64,000 nt of DNA from Zootoca vivipara (Eukaryota), in assembly GCF_963506605.1 (NCBI RefSeq), contig NC_083283.1:34844001-34908000 (forward strand), in the 5' to 3' direction. Below the pieces are notes generated by a model that worked only from the letters and a program-made list of their open reading frames with translations, ran no database searches and had not been told where the DNA came from. A program made the position numbers and the translations under genes. Below are positions 62,569-64,000 of the stretch, piece by piece. How positions within the stretch are numbered: position 1 is the stretch's first letter; every line of letters starts with the position of its first letter.

Positions 62569-63736
62569 TTTCCACACTGGAATAGCAACAAGCTGTGTGG
62601 TATCTAACACAAACAACTCTGTCCGCGTTCAGCGTTCAGTCGCAGTTGGAGCCTATTAACACTTGATTTAGATTAACATCAGTGCATGGTTTCATTTGGG
62701 TAAATAGACTACACATTCTTGTTTCTTGTAGCACTACTGTAAATCATTTTTGAGAATATTTTCTAGTGCACATTATCCAGTGCAGCACATAGTTCCTTCA
62801 TGCATGCAAAGCAGCTCAAGGTGGAGAAAAGAAATATCAAGAATTTTATTGCAAGAGTTCAGGGATCCTCATATCCACCAGCAGATAATTTTTCCCAGTT
62901 TGGGGGCCATGTTTCCTTCTGGACATCATTTCAGGGGCCACATACCATTGGTCAGATGCAAAAGGGGGCAGAGCAAATGCAAATTTTACTTCTGTGGTTT
63001 CTTCACACTCTCCCACTCCTTTGTGCTCCATTTAGCAAACAAGCAGTATTGAACAGCATTTGAGCAGGAATCAAAGGAAGGTGCAGTTTGGGAGGGTGTG
63101 GGGCCTCAGGAAAAGCCCAGATATGAGAGGCCTGGAAAGCTGCATTGCCCCCGGGTCTGAGGCTCCCCATCCTTGATATGCTAACACAAAGGATTTCATT
63201 TCAGTTATGTGCTTATTATTTCTGACTATAGAGGCCTTATAAAATTGGATACTACCACAGAGAGGTCCCAACCTTCATGAGTGGTGGTGTATGTGGAAGA
63301 ACGCGTGGCCCGCTGTGTACACACACAAGTCACTTTGTGGTTCTTTGGATGCCAGCCAATAACTTTTCATTGGCTTTATGTTGAAGATAAGACTATTCCT
63401 CTTGATGTAATTCTTCCTCTCACAGTAATTAGGACTCTGGTTTTACTCTTATGGAAGCCACATTCCGAGACTTTGCTGTGAATAAGCTGAAGATACATTT
63501 TTTGGGTGTGAAGACTCATGAGAAAAAAAACATTTTTAAAAAAGAAATCTAACATATGATGGAAGCTGTGGAGATTTGTGCATTATTCAGACCATTAAAT
63601 AGGACTAGACTCTCAAAAACATGTGATGGGGAAAAGGAAGCAAACTTCAGTAAAGTGTTTGATGCTTGCAACAGGCAGATGATAGAAATGGCTCTGGGAA
63701 CATCCCTATGTGTATCTATCTCTAAAAACCATTGCA

Positions 63737-63963
63737 CAGTGGTACCTCTACTTACGAATTTAATGCGTTCCGAATGCACATTTGTAAGTCGAAAAAAATT
63801 GCAAGTCGAATCCCATGGGAATGCATTGGGAGAAAAAATTCGTTAAGTAGAAGCAACCCTATCTAAAAATCGTAAGTAGAAAAAATCCTATCTAAACCAC
63901 ATCCAAGATGGCGGACGGAGCTCCATTCGTAAGTAGAAACATTCGTAAGTAGCGGTACCACTG
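63737..63963. mobile_element. Tc1/pogo-type MITE with a YY1-like motif
   Basis: CAGTGGTACCTCTACTTACGAAT / ATTCGTAAGTAGCGGTACCACTG TIRs; flanked by CA (mutated TA) and TA. Confidence 0.88.
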
Positions 63964-64000
63964 TAGAGTCCAAGACTGCCCTTAATAAGGTTTTGCATCT

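Overview
Vertebrate, non-coding, repeat-rich genomic DNA from a squamate reptile, most likely a lacertid lizard. This is inferred from Sauria SINEs with (ACCTTT)n tails, a Bov-B LINE and lizard-type L2/CR1/L1 fragments. I could not confidently identify any host protein-coding exon. The window looks like a large intron or gene desert, with several TE-free, homeobox-motif-rich blocks that may be conserved non-coding elements. The only long ORF (20034-22178) is a young, 5'-truncated Bov-B (RTE) reverse transcriptase ORF. Other elements: about 12 hAT-type MITEs with 8-bp TSDs, 6 Tc1/pogo-type MITEs with TA TSDs, solo LTRs, RTE/L2/CR1/L1 fragments, SINEs, microsatellites and a 177-N assembly gap. 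Most interesting observations: (1) a complex Bov-B 5' junction with a 115-bp fold-back copy of the flank plus a 28-bp re-copy of the target site; (2) a minimal hammerhead ribozyme in a Penelope-like fragment; (3) a 627-bp TSD-bounded non-coding retroposon with no tRNA head; (4) MITE families carrying NRF1/ETS/YY1 and near-CTCF motifs; (5) two LINE-SINE 3'-end pairs visible in the same window. No new multi-gene system is supported. Family names come from pattern recognition, not database searches, and the boundaries of old repeats are approximate.
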